The translations under genes and the position numbers were made by a program. This document shows, one piece after another, positions 1-10,782 of a DNA stretch of 64,000 bases. Under the pieces are notes generated by a model. That model searched no databases. It was not told the origin of the DNA and saw only the letters and a list, made by a program, of their open reading frames with translations. The stretch's first letter is position 1, and each line of letters opens with the position of its first letter. Location of the stretch: the NCBI GenBank assembly GCA_965116905.1, contig OZ220732.1, forward strand, positions 1,600,001-1,664,000, written 5' to 3'. The stretch comes from Longimicrobiales bacterium. Its GTDB lineage: Bacteria; Gemmatimonadota; Gemmatimonadetes; Longimicrobiales; Gaopeijiaceae.

Positions 1-219
1 AGCCACGCGGCAGAACGGACCTGGGTCGGTCGGGGCCTGCCTACAGGCGGACGGTTCACTGGATGGGTCCAGTGGCGCCCGGAGCGGGAGCCTTGCCATG
101 AATTGGCCATGTTATTGTGCTAGATGGCCACGTTAATGCCACGCAAAGCGTGCTAGTTTTTGTCTATTGGCGTGTCTCCTACCGAGCGCCGGGCCTCCGA
201 CCCATACCATCGACGACCC

Positions 220-756
220 ATGGAAAAGTTCACAATGTCGCTTTTCGTCCTCATCGGCTTGGCAGCCGGCCCTCATGCCCTGTTTGCGCAAGATGTGGGC
301 GAACGTGTTCGCGTCACCACTCTGGACAGTATGGTAGTGGGTGAGGTCGTCGGGATCGACGAGGACCGAATAACTTTGAGCCGCGGCGGATCTCTCCGGG
401 GCATGGAGGTCATTGGGCTCCGGCGCATCGATATCATCGGGCTCGAACGAAGTGTCGGATCCGGGTCGGCTCGGAAAACAAGCGTCCTCGTGTCGGGCGT
501 GGCGGTCGGGACCATTGGTGCCGTGGTGCTCCCCTCGTGCATCCCCCTATTGGGCTCCGAATGTGCCGGCGGCATTTCCATCCTGGGAGCCGTTTTCGGC
601 GGCGTCGTGGGCATGGGCATCGGGGCGTTGCTGCCTTTGCCCGAGCGCTGGGAGAGCATTCCCCTGGGTGGCGATATCGTTGCCAGCACGCTCGTCGACC
701 TGCGGTTGCGCGGCGCCAGTCCTGCGGCACGCTTCGGAGCGCGCATCACGTTCTGA
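220..756 (+). CDS. Hypothetical exported/membrane protein
   Basis: ATG at 220 gives a signal peptide ending ALFA-Q, then a RVRVTT small beta domain and two Gly-rich hydrophobic segments; ends ARITF. Confidence 0.6.
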   Translation: MEKFTMSLFVLIGLAAGPHALFAQDVGERVRVTTLDSMVVGEVVGIDEDRITLSRGGSLRGMEVIGLRRIDIIGLERSVGSGSARKTSVLVSGVAVGTIGAVVLPSCIPLLGSECAGGISILGAVFGGVVGMGIGALLPLPERWESIPLGGDIVASTLVDLRLRGASPAARFGARITF

Positions 757-802
757 CGTCGCGCTCCCTAGGGTCGCACCGCCGGACAGACAACCGGCCC
801 GA

Positions 803-2203
803 TCAGGCCCCCGCGGACCTCCACCCCGGCACCGCCGCGCACGCCACCCTGATCGTGCTGCGATACCCCGCCGACCATCCCCTCTCGACCGCCCTGGCAC
901 TCGCACGGGACCACACCGACACCGTGTTCGCGACATCCCGCGCCAACTCCGAATCGCCAACGCTCCCGACGATGGCCTTGCCGCGCAGGTACGTATTCCG
1001 CGCGAGGTCCGAACAGTTGTTCGTCCATTCCTGTGATCCGAACCAGTCGCGGACGATCCGGGCTACTTCTTCGGCCTTGGGCTCGGCCTTGTCGTAGAGC
1101 CTGGTCGCCACGAGATAGCTCACAACGCCCACAATCAGCGTCACCCACGCGGGTGCCGGCATGAGCCGCGACGCGCCGAGCAGCGCCGTCGTTCCAGCCA
1201 TTCCGCGACCACCGCCACTCAGGACCCGCTTGAACCCCGCGCCGTGCCTGGCCTCGTGAAAACACTTCGCGAGCCCGACGATCGTGACCATGACCAGAAG
1301 CGGATTGGCGCCGACAAGTGCGGACAACCCCAGACTCGCGACGATTTCCGAGAACCGGCGGAGCTCGGCCTTGTTCCAGCTCAGAACGAGTGCCAGGGCA
1401 GCCAGGACCGAGCCGACGAACTCTGTGGCCGTGAAATCGGCCATGTCCTTGACCCATTTTCGGGATATTCCGAGAGTCTCGTTCAGGAATCCCGCGACAG
1501 TGTCAAAGGCCTCCTTGTCCCAGGTGACCACCGGTATTCCCCTGGGGGTAGCCATGTCCTTCCATAGTGCCGAGACGTACCCTTCCGCCCTCTGAAGCCA
1601 CCCCTCGTCGGGGAACGTCTCGGCGATGGTCTTCCACGCGCCGACGAGGTCGTGGCTGCCATCGAATAGCCGATGATCGGCGCCGTACTTCCCCGTGTCG
1701 ATGTAGAACTGATCCAGTGCCTTGTCGTAACGCGTGGGGGGACCAGAAGCGAACACGTCCCGGGTCCACCGGTCCAGGCTAGTCGCGATCTCGGTTGCGA
1801 GCAGGGCGTTGCCGAGACTGGCTGCCTTCGCCGTCACCGGTTCGGACAGGCGGCGCACTGGCACCTTTCTGAGCGAATCCGAGGCAAGACGCCCCGCTCG
1901 GGCGGATGCATCACCCACGCGTTCCCCGACCGCTTTCGCGGAGCCCATCACCCCATCGCCCACGGCTCCGACGGTCTTGCCGATGCCGGCCATCCCGCGC
2001 CTCAACGTCCCGGTGGCGGAGTCTACCGCGCCGCGCAGGCGGGCAGCCTTGCCACGTTCGACCGAGTCCGGTCCGGCTGGTTCGTCTTCTTCGGGTGGAT
2101 CGTCGATTATTTGGAAGTCGTCATCCAGGGGCGCGACGGCTTCGGCGGAGACATCGGGAGAATCGGGGTCGATGGCGGTGGTCTTGTCAGGTTTGGGAGG
2201 CAT
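803..2203 (-). CDS. Hypothetical membrane protein (acidic N-terminus, HRLFDGxH motif, about 4 C-terminal TM segments)
   Basis: 466-aa ORF with protein-like composition; YDKALD...HRLFDGSHDL...DMATPRGIP; hydrophobic helices in the C-terminal third. Confidence 0.75.
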   Translation of the reverse strand: MPPKPDKTTAIDPDSPDVSAEAVAPLDDDFQIIDDPPEEDEPAGPDSVERGKAARLRGAVDSATGTLRRGMAGIGKTVGAVGDGVMGSAKAVGERVGDASARAGRLASDSLRKVPVRRLSEPVTAKAASLGNALLATEIATSLDRWTRDVFASGPPTRYDKALDQFYIDTGKYGADHRLFDGSHDLVGAWKTIAETFPDEGWLQRAEGYVSALWKDMATPRGIPVVTWDKEAFDTVAGFLNETLGISRKWVKDMADFTATEFVGSVLAALALVLSWNKAELRRFSEIVASLGLSALVGANPLLVMVTIVGLAKCFHEARHGAGFKRVLSGGGRGMAGTTALLGASRLMPAPAWVTLIVGVVSYLVATRLYDKAEPKAEEVARIVRDWFGSQEWTNNCSDLARNTYLRGKAIVGSVGDSELARDVANTVSVWSRASARAVERGWSAGYRSTIRVACAAVPGWRSAGA

Positions 2204-2431
2204 TGGGGTCCATGCGTTCCGGTCTTAGTTGCGAGGAAACGTGGAATAATGTCATGTATAGTTTCCATGTGAGCTGTCATCGACATGCGTCATGAGTTCT
2301 TCCCCAGGAGATTCCGCTAACAGTGTCTGCGGAATCCGGGCGACGAACTCACTCGCCTCTCGCCAGGCGATCCACCACACTTCAACTCGATCTTCAGAAC
2401 CCGACCATCGAGACGGGAGCAAGCCAGGCAG

Positions 2432-5400
2432 ATGAAGGAACGACCCGTCTACCACTCCACTGAAGGCCCGCCACGGTTCGACCCCGACCGCAGGCAGGCG
2501 AGCAAGGCAATCATCGAGGAGCAGGCCCGCCGCCAGGTGCGGACCTTCCTCGATGAGCTCAAGAACGGCACGCGGAACTATCGGACGGTCGCCAGCCTGG
2601 GCAGCCAGGTCGCGCAGGAATACCGGGGCCGCGCGATTCTGGAGCTGCTGCAGAATGCCCACGATGTCCTCGCTTTCGCCGCCGCCGCCGATCCCCGGCA
2701 GATCTCCTTTGTGCTGAGATCGTCGCCCGAACCCGAACTGCTGGTCGCCAACAGCGGCCGCCCCTTCCGCCACGAGGACTTCAGCGGAATCTGCCAGCTG
2801 GCGCAGAGTCCCAAGGATCCGAACGAGAGTGTCGGCAACAAGGGACTCGGTTTCCAGAGTGTGCTCGAAGTGTCCACTCGCCCGGAGGTGTGGTCGTCGG
2901 CCCCGGCGAAGGAAGGCATCGCGTTTACGTTCGGCTTCGACCCCGACGTGCGCGAACCGATAGAACGCGTGGCCAGGGCGCTTCTCACCGGTGACCTGCC
3001 GACCGACCCGGAATTCGGTGTGGAACACGTCGTTGACTGGACTCCGGAACAGATCGAGGAGTACCGGAGGCGGTTGGACGAGGACGAAGTCGACCCTACG
3101 GAGGAGGTGCGCAATTACCTCTCTCCCTATGTGATTCCGCGGTTTCTCGGCGATCCGCCGCCCGAAGTCGTCAGGCTGCTTACTGGCGGACACGTGACTG
3201 TCATTCGCCTTCCCTTGGATGGAGGGCGGGCGGGCAGTGCGGAAGAAGCGGTCGAGTCGGTACGCAAGCAACTTGAGGCGTTGGACGAGGCGGCGATGGT
3301 GTTTCTGCCGGACCTGTCGATGCTTCGGATCGAGATGGACGAGGAATTGGTCGAACTCAGGCGGCAAGTCGTTGCCGAACGCACGCTTCCCTCCAGTCGC
3401 GAGAAGCTTGACGACAGCGGGATCCCCCAAGCCCGTCACACCCGACTGAGGGTCGGCAGGACGGGGCGCGATGCGACCACCGAGCGGTCATTCCACGTCT
3501 GGAGCCGCGTAATTGGCGGTGATGATCAGCCGGGGGCGACTGAACGGATCGCCGCGGCCGTCCGCCATCTGCCTAATCGATGGCCGGAGGTGCGCGCGGT
3601 CCAGGTCTCCATTTCGGTAGAGGAGACGCGGGAAGCAAGGCGGGGCGCGCTTGTCATTTTTCTGCCGACCACGATGAAGACCGGAATCGGCGCCCACGTC
3701 AACGCCCCGTTCTACGGCTCCCTCGACCGGAAGACAATCAACTTCGGCGACGAGTACAACGAGCTGATGCTTGAGTTCGTGACGGACCTGGCGCTCGACG
3801 CGGTTCTCGAACTCGTGAAGGGTCCTGCGGAGCCGTGGCGGGGCCGGGCCGTGATCGACCTGTTGGCGCGGGCCGGTTCACCCCCGTCCGACGATCCCGA
3901 GCTAACGCGGCGTCTTCGTGAACGCGCTCGCGACCGAGACGACTATCCTCCTCTCGAACAGCAGGCGTTGATCCTCTGCGACGGGGGTTGGCGGAAGCCC
4001 GATGTCGCCCGAACAATGCCGACCATCCCGTCCGGTGATCCGTTTGGGGAGGCCGAGTGGCGCACACATGCCGGCTTCGCCGCAGCATGTTCCGCGCTCG
4101 ACGAACGGCGTGAACCCGTCGAGGCCCTGCTCGGGTCTCTCGGTGGCTTGCCGGGCCCGCAGAACGAGGAGTGGGCGTACACCTTGGAGCGAATGGCCAG
4201 ACACGTCGGTCGTGGCCAGGCGGACGCCCAAGGCGATCCCTCACTTGCTACGGAGGAGCTGCCCGACTGGAACACCTTCCTGAGCGGCGTGCTTGCGGTG
4301 CTGCCCCAGGAGCAGCGGGCCGAGCCGAAGGAGGCGGAAAACGACCCTCTCGCCGAAGCGGGGTTCCTGCCCACCGAGGACGGTCGGATGCTCTCGGCGT
4401 CCGACTCCGTGCGGATGTTCTTCCAGCCTCGCCAGGGTGCCGACGACGCCGTGGATTTCGTCGGGTCCGTTCCCGCTTCCCTTAAGGGGCGGATCGCATT
4501 CCTCCACCACGACGTGCAGACGCACCAAGGCCCACAACGCCGACGCACGGCAGTCCAGAAGTTTCTCGACGGACGGTTCGTGCAGAGCTTCCGCAGAGAG
4601 GACCTTGTCCGAGAAGTGGTCATCCCGTCGCTACCCGTGCTTCCCCCCGCGCATGGAAGTGCCGAGGCGGCGGACTGCGCCGACGCGCTTGCCTGGACGC
4701 TGGAGGTGATCGGCGATGAGGAACCGGAGGGCCTGTTGGATCGCCTCGCCGACCTTCCCGTCGCCTGCACGGCTGGCTGGTTTCCAATGAAGGAGGCCGT
4801 ATTCGGGCCGGGCTGGCCCGGGCGCTCCGGCGACCACCTGAAGGCGCTGGCCGATGGGCTGTCGGGCGAGGAGGGCTTGGAACTGTTTCGAAGCGCGCTC
4901 TTGCCCCCGGACGACGACCGCTGGTCGCCGCGCGAAGACCAGCAGGGTGCTAATGACGGTCACGAGGACGGGACCAACCTCGTGAATCGCGCGGACCTGT
5001 TCGCCCGCGCGGGAGTGGTAAACGGGCTGCGGCTAGAGGCCTGTGAACCGATCCGCTTCAAGATGAGCCGATCTCATCTGAATCTCCCGGACACGGCCCC
5101 CGATTCAATACCGCAATCGGCGTGGGATGATTGGAAGCAGGCGGCGTTAGGTCAGGTCAAGCCCCATTGGAAGGGGTGGCTTGAGTACGAGCTTCAGGAT
5201 GTCACTGTGCTTCCGATACTCCACCGAGAGGATCTCGGCGATTCCGCTCGCACAGCGCTGTCCAACCTGCTCCTCGCTTCGCTCTCGCACTGGAAGGCAG
5301 GCTGGGAGAAAGTCACGATCCGAAGGAGCTGGTGGTCACAACGAATCCGTTCTCCGCTCAAGCACTGGCTATCGACGTTGCCATGGCTCGATGACGCGCA

Positions 5401-8188
5401 CGTCGACCAGGGACTGGGAAAAGGCCCCCGACCACTGCACCAGCGCTGGCTAGTACCGGGATCTCTTCTTCGCGGCCAAAGCGGTCGTTTCCGCCACCTA
5501 TCGCCCCTTGCATTGCCGCTGGCCCAACGGCTCGGTGAGAACGCGGAGATGATTGAGGTGCTGAAGGGACTCGGACTCAACATCTATCCGACTGAGGAAG
5601 CGAGGACGGGGCCGGCTCTCCTGGAGACGCTGGCCGATGTCGCCGAGAGGCTGGCGGACGCGGGCCACGTCCGCAGTGCAATGCCCGCGGGCGGCTTCGA
5701 CGTGCTTCTGGGCCAGATCCGCCACGGATGGAGGCACTTGGACCCGGAGGGTGACCTTCCGACGCGATTCGTCATTCGCACGAAGCCGCGTACATTGACG
5801 GTCCGCAAGCGCGACGAGCTCAAGGATGTCTATCTTCCCGACCACAGTTGGAACACACGGCTCCTGCGCGAACACGGTCAGCCCATCGTCGCCATGCGGC
5901 CGGAGGAGGCGTCGAAGAAGGCGCTCCGGGACCGCCTCGTGGAGCTCGGGGCGAGACGGGCGGCCGGGCTGGAGGAACACTGTTCGATAGACCATCTCCC
6001 GAGCGCCCAAGGCTTGGAAGGCACGCAAACATTCGATGCGGCGGGCCTGGGCTGGCTTCCGGTCGTCCTGCTCTCGCTTCACGCTCACGGAGGCGGCAAT
6101 CCAGCGGGACCTGCGACCAAGGCGTGGCTTGAGGCCGCCGGCCGACTTCGCCGTGCCCGTGTCCGCCAATGCTCCTCCGTCAGGGTGGAGCTTGTCGACG
6201 CCGGACGGGGAGTCGCGCGTAGCGAGCCTTTGGCGCACTGGCTCTCCCGGGATCGCATCCTCGTTCTGCGCCGGGACATCACGCAAGGCGGACGGTACGA
6301 GAAGATCGCCGCCGCATCCCAGACCATTCTCGACCGCCAGGACCTGCTGAAGGATCTTCGTCTTGTGCTTGGCGCCCTACACGGTCGTCGGCAACCAACC
6401 CGGAACGAGATCGAGGCGGCGTTGGACCGGGCGGAGATCGATACCGTGGCCGTGGCCGACATCAGGCATCGCTGGGACGTCGGGACCTCCACGCTGGTCC
6501 GTCGCATCCGGCCGGTGCTGCAGCTCCTTGGTGTCTCCCAGGACGGTCTCGATGACGCCGCCAAGGACACCTCCGGGTTGACCCGATGGCTCAGGAAGGC
6601 GCTCAGGAGGGCAGACATCGACGGGTGGCCCGCCGAGGAACTGTTGGCAACCGCCAGGGAGAGCTACGACGACTTCGAAATGGGGTATCGGACGTGGCAG
6701 GTGCTGGGTGACGCCTTCGAGCTCAGGGAATGGAACAAGGCTCTCGTCACGCTCGGTGGCGAGTACAAGCAGGTCAGCAATACGCAGGCCGAAGCGCAGG
6801 CGAAACGGTGCCTGTACGAAGCCGCCCGATTGCTCCGCGTCTTTGCCCAGCATGTCGCTAAAGCGATCGGTGGCGAATCCATCGAGGACCAGGGCAAGCT
6901 CTATCGCCGGCTCGCCAACGTGCACGAGGGCTTTGAGAAGGATCCGGAATGGCCGGGTCGTTGCGCCCAATGGTCCAGCAGTTTCTGGAAGGTGCCGTTC
7001 GACACTGTCTTCGGTGTTCTCCGCTCAGGATACGAAGGAATCGGAAAGGCGAAGCCGCATCTTGTTGTCTTCGAGCGTGTGACGTCGATCAAGGGACTCC
7101 GATCGGCACTGGAGCGGCGGAAAGTTGCCCTTGAACCAGACCCGCTCGAGGTGGCGCACGCCAACCAATACCGCCTCGACAAGGCGGTCCGTGGGGTGCG
7201 CAGGCTCTACGAGTGCTGGCTCGAGAATGAGGGTGCCAATCCGACGTCAGGAGCGAAGGCACCTGAGGTCCGTCTGGACGACTCGATGTACCTGCTCGAC
7301 TGGCCGGAAGACGACCTTTTTGAGCGAGCGAAGCAGGCGGTCGACGACAGCGGTTTCCACGACGCAGTCGCTGCTTGCGACACGATAGAGGCAATGCGCA
7401 AGAGGCTGGGTATCACCAGCACAGGCAGGGGCGTCAAAACGACACGACCAGAGCCGATGCGCGATGTCGCTGGCGTGCCCGAACCTGTAGACAGCAGCGA
7501 CGAGAACTACCGCGATATCTTTGAGCGCCTCAAGAGACTGCCTGAGCCACCGAAGGCAGGGAGGGGGATCGTTCGACCATCGACGGAACGGGGCGGTGGT
7601 GGGGGAGGGCCGCGCCGCCGCAACACCGAGATCGGCGAGAAGGGCCCCAAGACCGCGCACCTGCGTGGCTCGCCCCACCTTCCCGAATTCGTGGGGATCG
7701 TCGGAGAGATGCAAGCCTTCCGCTTCCTCAAGGACAGGTTCGGGATCAACGAGAGCGCATGGGTATCAGAGTTTCGAAGCAGGGTTGTGCACCCTTTGGA
7801 CCGCGAGGAACCCGGGACAAGCGACAGCCACGGCTACGACTTCCGGTTCGAGTACAACGGCAAGACATGGTGCGTCGAGGTCAAGGCCACCACCGGGGAC
7901 GGCACGAGCTTTGATCTGCCATCGAGCGAACTGAACGCGGCAAGCCGCATTGCTCCCAGAACGGACGAGCTTTGGCGCATCCTTCGCGTTCGACGGGCGC
8001 TGTCCGAGCGCCCCGAGTGCGATTGGCTTCCCAACCCGTTCGAACCGGGGGCCGGTGAACGCCTGCGGCTGCGGCAGGGCGGCGTGACCGTCGAATACGA
8101 GCGGTCGGAGGAGAATGGCACCGCAGAGCAGCGCGCAGCCGGTGACGGGGAGCATGTGGAGGTGCCCGAGCCCGCGCACGATGGATAG
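2432..8188 (+). CDS. Sacsin-type GHKL/HSP90-like ATPase fused to C-terminal DUF3883 (NOV_C) PD-(D/E)XK nuclease
   Basis: ELLQNAHD, NSGRPF and VGNKGLGFQSV GHKL motifs; HVNAPFYGSLDRK; C-terminal GE...GYDF...VEVKAT. Confidence 0.85.
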   Translation: MKERPVYHSTEGPPRFDPDRRQASKAIIEEQARRQVRTFLDELKNGTRNYRTVASLGSQVAQEYRGRAILELLQNAHDVLAFAAAADPRQISFVLRSSPEPELLVANSGRPFRHEDFSGICQLAQSPKDPNESVGNKGLGFQSVLEVSTRPEVWSSAPAKEGIAFTFGFDPDVREPIERVARALLTGDLPTDPEFGVEHVVDWTPEQIEEYRRRLDEDEVDPTEEVRNYLSPYVIPRFLGDPPPEVVRLLTGGHVTVIRLPLDGGRAGSAEEAVESVRKQLEALDEAAMVFLPDLSMLRIEMDEELVELRRQVVAERTLPSSREKLDDSGIPQARHTRLRVGRTGRDATTERSFHVWSRVIGGDDQPGATERIAAAVRHLPNRWPEVRAVQVSISVEETREARRGALVIFLPTTMKTGIGAHVNAPFYGSLDRKTINFGDEYNELMLEFVTDLALDAVLELVKGPAEPWRGRAVIDLLARAGSPPSDDPELTRRLRERARDRDDYPPLEQQALILCDGGWRKPDVARTMPTIPSGDPFGEAEWRTHAGFAAACSALDERREPVEALLGSLGGLPGPQNEEWAYTLERMARHVGRGQADAQGDPSLATEELPDWNTFLSGVLAVLPQEQRAEPKEAENDPLAEAGFLPTEDGRMLSASDSVRMFFQPRQGADDAVDFVGSVPASLKGRIAFLHHDVQTHQGPQRRRTAVQKFLDGRFVQSFRREDLVREVVIPSLPVLPPAHGSAEAADCADALAWTLEVIGDEEPEGLLDRLADLPVACTAGWFPMKEAVFGPGWPGRSGDHLKALADGLSGEEGLELFRSALLPPDDDRWSPREDQQGANDGHEDGTNLVNRADLFARAGVVNGLRLEACEPIRFKMSRSHLNLPDTAPDSIPQSAWDDWKQAALGQVKPHWKGWLEYELQDVTVLPILHREDLGDSARTALSNLLLASLSHWKAGWEKVTIRRSWWSQRIRSPLKHWLSTLPWLDDAHVDQGLGKGPRPLHQRWLVPGSLLRGQSGRFRHLSPLALPLAQRLGENAEMIEVLKGLGLNIYPTEEARTGPALLETLADVAERLADAGHVRSAMPAGGFDVLLGQIRHGWRHLDPEGDLPTRFVIRTKPRTLTVRKRDELKDVYLPDHSWNTRLLREHGQPIVAMRPEEASKKALRDRLVELGARRAAGLEEHCSIDHLPSAQGLEGTQTFDAAGLGWLPVVLLSLHAHGGGNPAGPATKAWLEAAGRLRRARVRQCSSVRVELVDAGRGVARSEPLAHWLSRDRILVLRRDITQGGRYEKIAAASQTILDRQDLLKDLRLVLGALHGRRQPTRNEIEAALDRAEIDTVAVADIRHRWDVGTSTLVRRIRPVLQLLGVSQDGLDDAAKDTSGLTRWLRKALRRADIDGWPAEELLATARESYDDFEMGYRTWQVLGDAFELREWNKALVTLGGEYKQVSNTQAEAQAKRCLYEAARLLRVFAQHVAKAIGGESIEDQGKLYRRLANVHEGFEKDPEWPGRCAQWSSSFWKVPFDTVFGVLRSGYEGIGKAKPHLVVFERVTSIKGLRSALERRKVALEPDPLEVAHANQYRLDKAVRGVRRLYECWLENEGANPTSGAKAPEVRLDDSMYLLDWPEDDLFERAKQAVDDSGFHDAVAACDTIEAMRKRLGITSTGRGVKTTRPEPMRDVAGVPEPVDSSDENYRDIFERLKRLPEPPKAGRGIVRPSTERGGGGGGPRRRNTEIGEKGPKTAHLRGSPHLPEFVGIVGEMQAFRFLKDRFGINESAWVSEFRSRVVHPLDREEPGTSDSHGYDFRFEYNGKTWCVEVKATTGDGTSFDLPSSELNAASRIAPRTDELWRILRVRRALSERPECDWLPNPFEPGAGERLRLRQGGVTVEYERSEENGTAEQRAAGDGEHVEVPEPAHDG

Positions 8189-9258
8189 AGGTTCTACCTG
8201 GCCCCGTGGCTCGCCGCCAGCCTCGACTGCAGCACCACCTCGTGGTGACGCCGTACCCGGATCATCAGGCGATGGTTGACAGGATTGCTAGGTTCTGCGT
8301 AGGTCTTGCGGCCCTTTCGACGATCGCGGATCTACGGAAAACGGAGGTGTTCATTGGGTGCGTTTCTCCGCCAGATGGTCGATGCCCATACGGAAGTGAC
8401 GGGGTTTCTCCTGTCGGTGGCGACAGGCGGTACTAATCGGAGCCGTCTTCGGCACCACCGTTCGGATGGCGAGGCCGTGATTTCCGATCTTGCCACGACC
8501 ATTTCCGATCTCGGTACCGCGTCTGCTCGCGTCATCAAGAGGCAGTCGACCAAGACCGGCTCCTGAGCGGATGGCGCGTCGGCGGCGGAAGCGGACGAGT
8601 GCGGGACCGGATCTGCCAGCCGTCCAACCAGCCGATACGGCAGACAAGCCCGTCTCAGTCGAGCAGCCATCAGGGCCTTGAGCGTCGGGACGCTCCTCAC
8701 AAGTCTCGCCACTGTCGGCGGCGGCATCTACCTCGCGGCTCTCGGGCATATCTGGGGTGCCGGAATCGTTATTGCCGGTCCCCTTTTCACCGTGGTACTG
8801 GGGAGATCGAAGTCCCAGGAGGGGTAGAGATCGTATCCGACAATGGCGAGCGTGGCCGGCGGGTCCGGCAGTGCAGCTCGTCAGTCCGACCGGTCCAGCC
8901 GAAGCGCGACCGCGGCACGCGTCGAGGGCGGAGCCCCGGCTATGACCGGGCTGTCCGCAACCATGCCGCCGGCATCTTCCGCCCCACGCAGCTGAAGGAA
9001 GTCGACTGCCGCAAGCACGTGCGCACGCGGTGTTTCCCCGTTTGGCTCGGCGGGACCATTGAAGAAGGACCTCAGTGCCTGTCACGCACCATCCAGATCA
9101 CCGGTCAGGTGTCGGCTGCGGACCAGACTATAGAGCTGCCGAAGGGACATGGTGACCGGTGGGCCGTGGACATGTACTGCCGGCGCAGTTCGGCTTAGCA
9201 GCGCCGACCGGGACGCCCACTGGCGGGTCTCTAGCGATTTGCCTTCGCTTCCGCCGGT

Positions 9259-9344
9259 TTTTCTGGTCGTTTTCTGGCGGTTAGTCTTCGCTTCTGGCTG
9301 TTTTCTGGCCGTCTTCTGGCCGTTTTCTGGTCGTTTTCTGGTCG
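9259..9344. repeat. Imperfect 11-bp tandem repeat TTTTCTGGYCG, about 7 units
   Basis: Units read directly at 9259, 9270, 9290, 9301, 9312, 9323 and 9334. Confidence 0.85.
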
Positions 9345-9505
9345 TTACGGCTGCCTGCCGGGTCTCGCGGTCTCCGGACCGCCAGAAACGGGAGGTGATG
9401 AGCGTCCGGATGCCGCGGGAACTCGACTTGAGCGGTTGCGCGACATCGCGGTCGCGACGGAAGGAGCCTCCAGGAGCGATATGGTCCGAGGCGCTAGTGA
9501 ACGAG

Positions 9506-10213
9506 TCACTCGTCCTTTGCGACATTGTTCTGGTACACGATCTCGCCATCACGCCGGAACAGCAGCCCCTGAAACGGATCCGGAAGGCTCGACAGCCCGT
9601 GTCCGGCGGACGCCTTGCCCAGAAAGATCCGGTCGCCGCCATCGCCCACTTCAATGCCCACCTCACCGGTCAGGTCGTCCAGGAACAACACGAGCCCCTC
9701 GGTGATGCGATCCGAATCGAGGCCCAGCGTGACGCGATAGGTGCCGTCGATGTCGAGCAGGCCATAGCCCATACGCTCGAATCCCTCGGCGTCGTTGATC
9801 ACCATGCCCGTGCTCGGTCCGATGCGCTTGCCGATGTTCGGATCGGGTTTCGGGTCGCCGAGGGCAATCCGGTCGAAGCCGTCCTCGCTCAGGATGAGGA
9901 TGCCGTTGGTCGAGTGGTTGTAGTCCTGATACCAACCCATATACTCTTCCGAAAAGCGGGGTCCCCAGAGCTCCCGCACCCTGGATTCGTCGGTGCGGAC
10001 CCGGTTGGCCGCCTCGGGAATCGGAGCGCCGATAAGAATCCTCTCGCGTCCGGCGTCGTCCTCGATAATCAGTCCGCGCGCGCGCAACACGCCGTCGGTA
10101 TCCGGCCCGCTTCCGCTCCTGAAGAACAGGACGACCAATGCAACGGTAATGAGGGCGGCGTAGGCCTGGAGCCAACGGATCGCGCGTTTCAGTCGTTCGG
10201 GACTCTCGCTCAT
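9506..10213 (-). CDS. Hypothetical membrane-anchored beta-rich protein
   Basis: N-terminal TM helix; repeated GxxIxDxxGxERI-like strands. Confidence 0.7.
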   Translation of the reverse strand: MSESPERLKRAIRWLQAYAALITVALVVLFFRSGSGPDTDGVLRARGLIIEDDAGRERILIGAPIPEAANRVRTDESRVRELWGPRFSEEYMGWYQDYNHSTNGILILSEDGFDRIALGDPKPDPNIGKRIGPSTGMVINDAEGFERMGYGLLDIDGTYRVTLGLDSDRITEGLVLFLDDLTGEVGIEVGDGGDRIFLGKASAGHGLSSLPDPFQGLLFRRDGEIVYQNNVAKDE

Positions 10214-10267
10214 GGAACTCTCCTTGGGGGTCGGTGCCCTTCCTTGCCGAGGGAGATCTCGACATTC

Positions 10268-10462
10268 CTACGGCTTGCGGACACGGGCGTTGGCCGAATG
10301 GTTGCACATGAGTCGCGCGACCGGCCGATCGTCGTTCCGCTTGCCCTCGAGGTTGACGCCCAACCAGACGAAGCCGTCACCGGGGCGTTATCCGGCGCTC
10401 CATTGGACACCTTCGTTGCCGTCCGAGATGCCCAGGACGCCACGGAATGGGCTGCCGAAGTC
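10268..10462 (-). pseudogene. Gene remnant with in-frame stop
   Basis: Reads FGSPFRGVLGISDGNEGVQWSAG*RPGDGFVWLGVNLEGKRNDDRPVARL; TAA at 10390-10388; no start codon. Confidence 0.4.
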
Positions 10463-10464
10463 CC

Positions 10465-10782
10465 TCAACCCCCTTCGTATCGTTCCCTTTCACTCGCGCG
10501 CGCGGAGTGGACCACGTCTACGATGGTCACGGTGTTGGCGGACTCGTCTACGAAATAGTAGAGGACGTGCCGCATGACAGACCGGGCGCGGATACGCACG
10601 CCCTCGAATTCGCCCACGAGAGGAAACGCGTATGGGTGGGTCTCGAGGGTGACCGTGCTATCCGTGACCGTGCCCAACCAGTCGGCGGCTCGGCCCCGGC
10701 TGGCTTCCTCGGCGATGTAACGAGTCACCTGCTTCGCCGATTCCAGCGCCCTCGCGGAAAAGACGACCTCATATCTGCTCAC
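10465..10782 (-). CDS. RelE/ParE family toxin
   Basis: YEVVFSARA, LETHP, VDVVHSAR; 4-bp overlap with the upstream antitoxin. Confidence 0.85.
   Translation of the reverse strand: MSRYEVVFSARALESAKQVTRYIAEEASRGRAADWLGTVTDSTVTLETHPYAFPLVGEFEGVRIRARSVMRHVLYYFVDESANTVTIVDVVHSARASERERYEGG

Noticed and set aside
9149..10558. 469-aa plus-strand ORF
   Set aside because: Antisense to the 9506-10213 gene and the toxin; it also runs through a repeat
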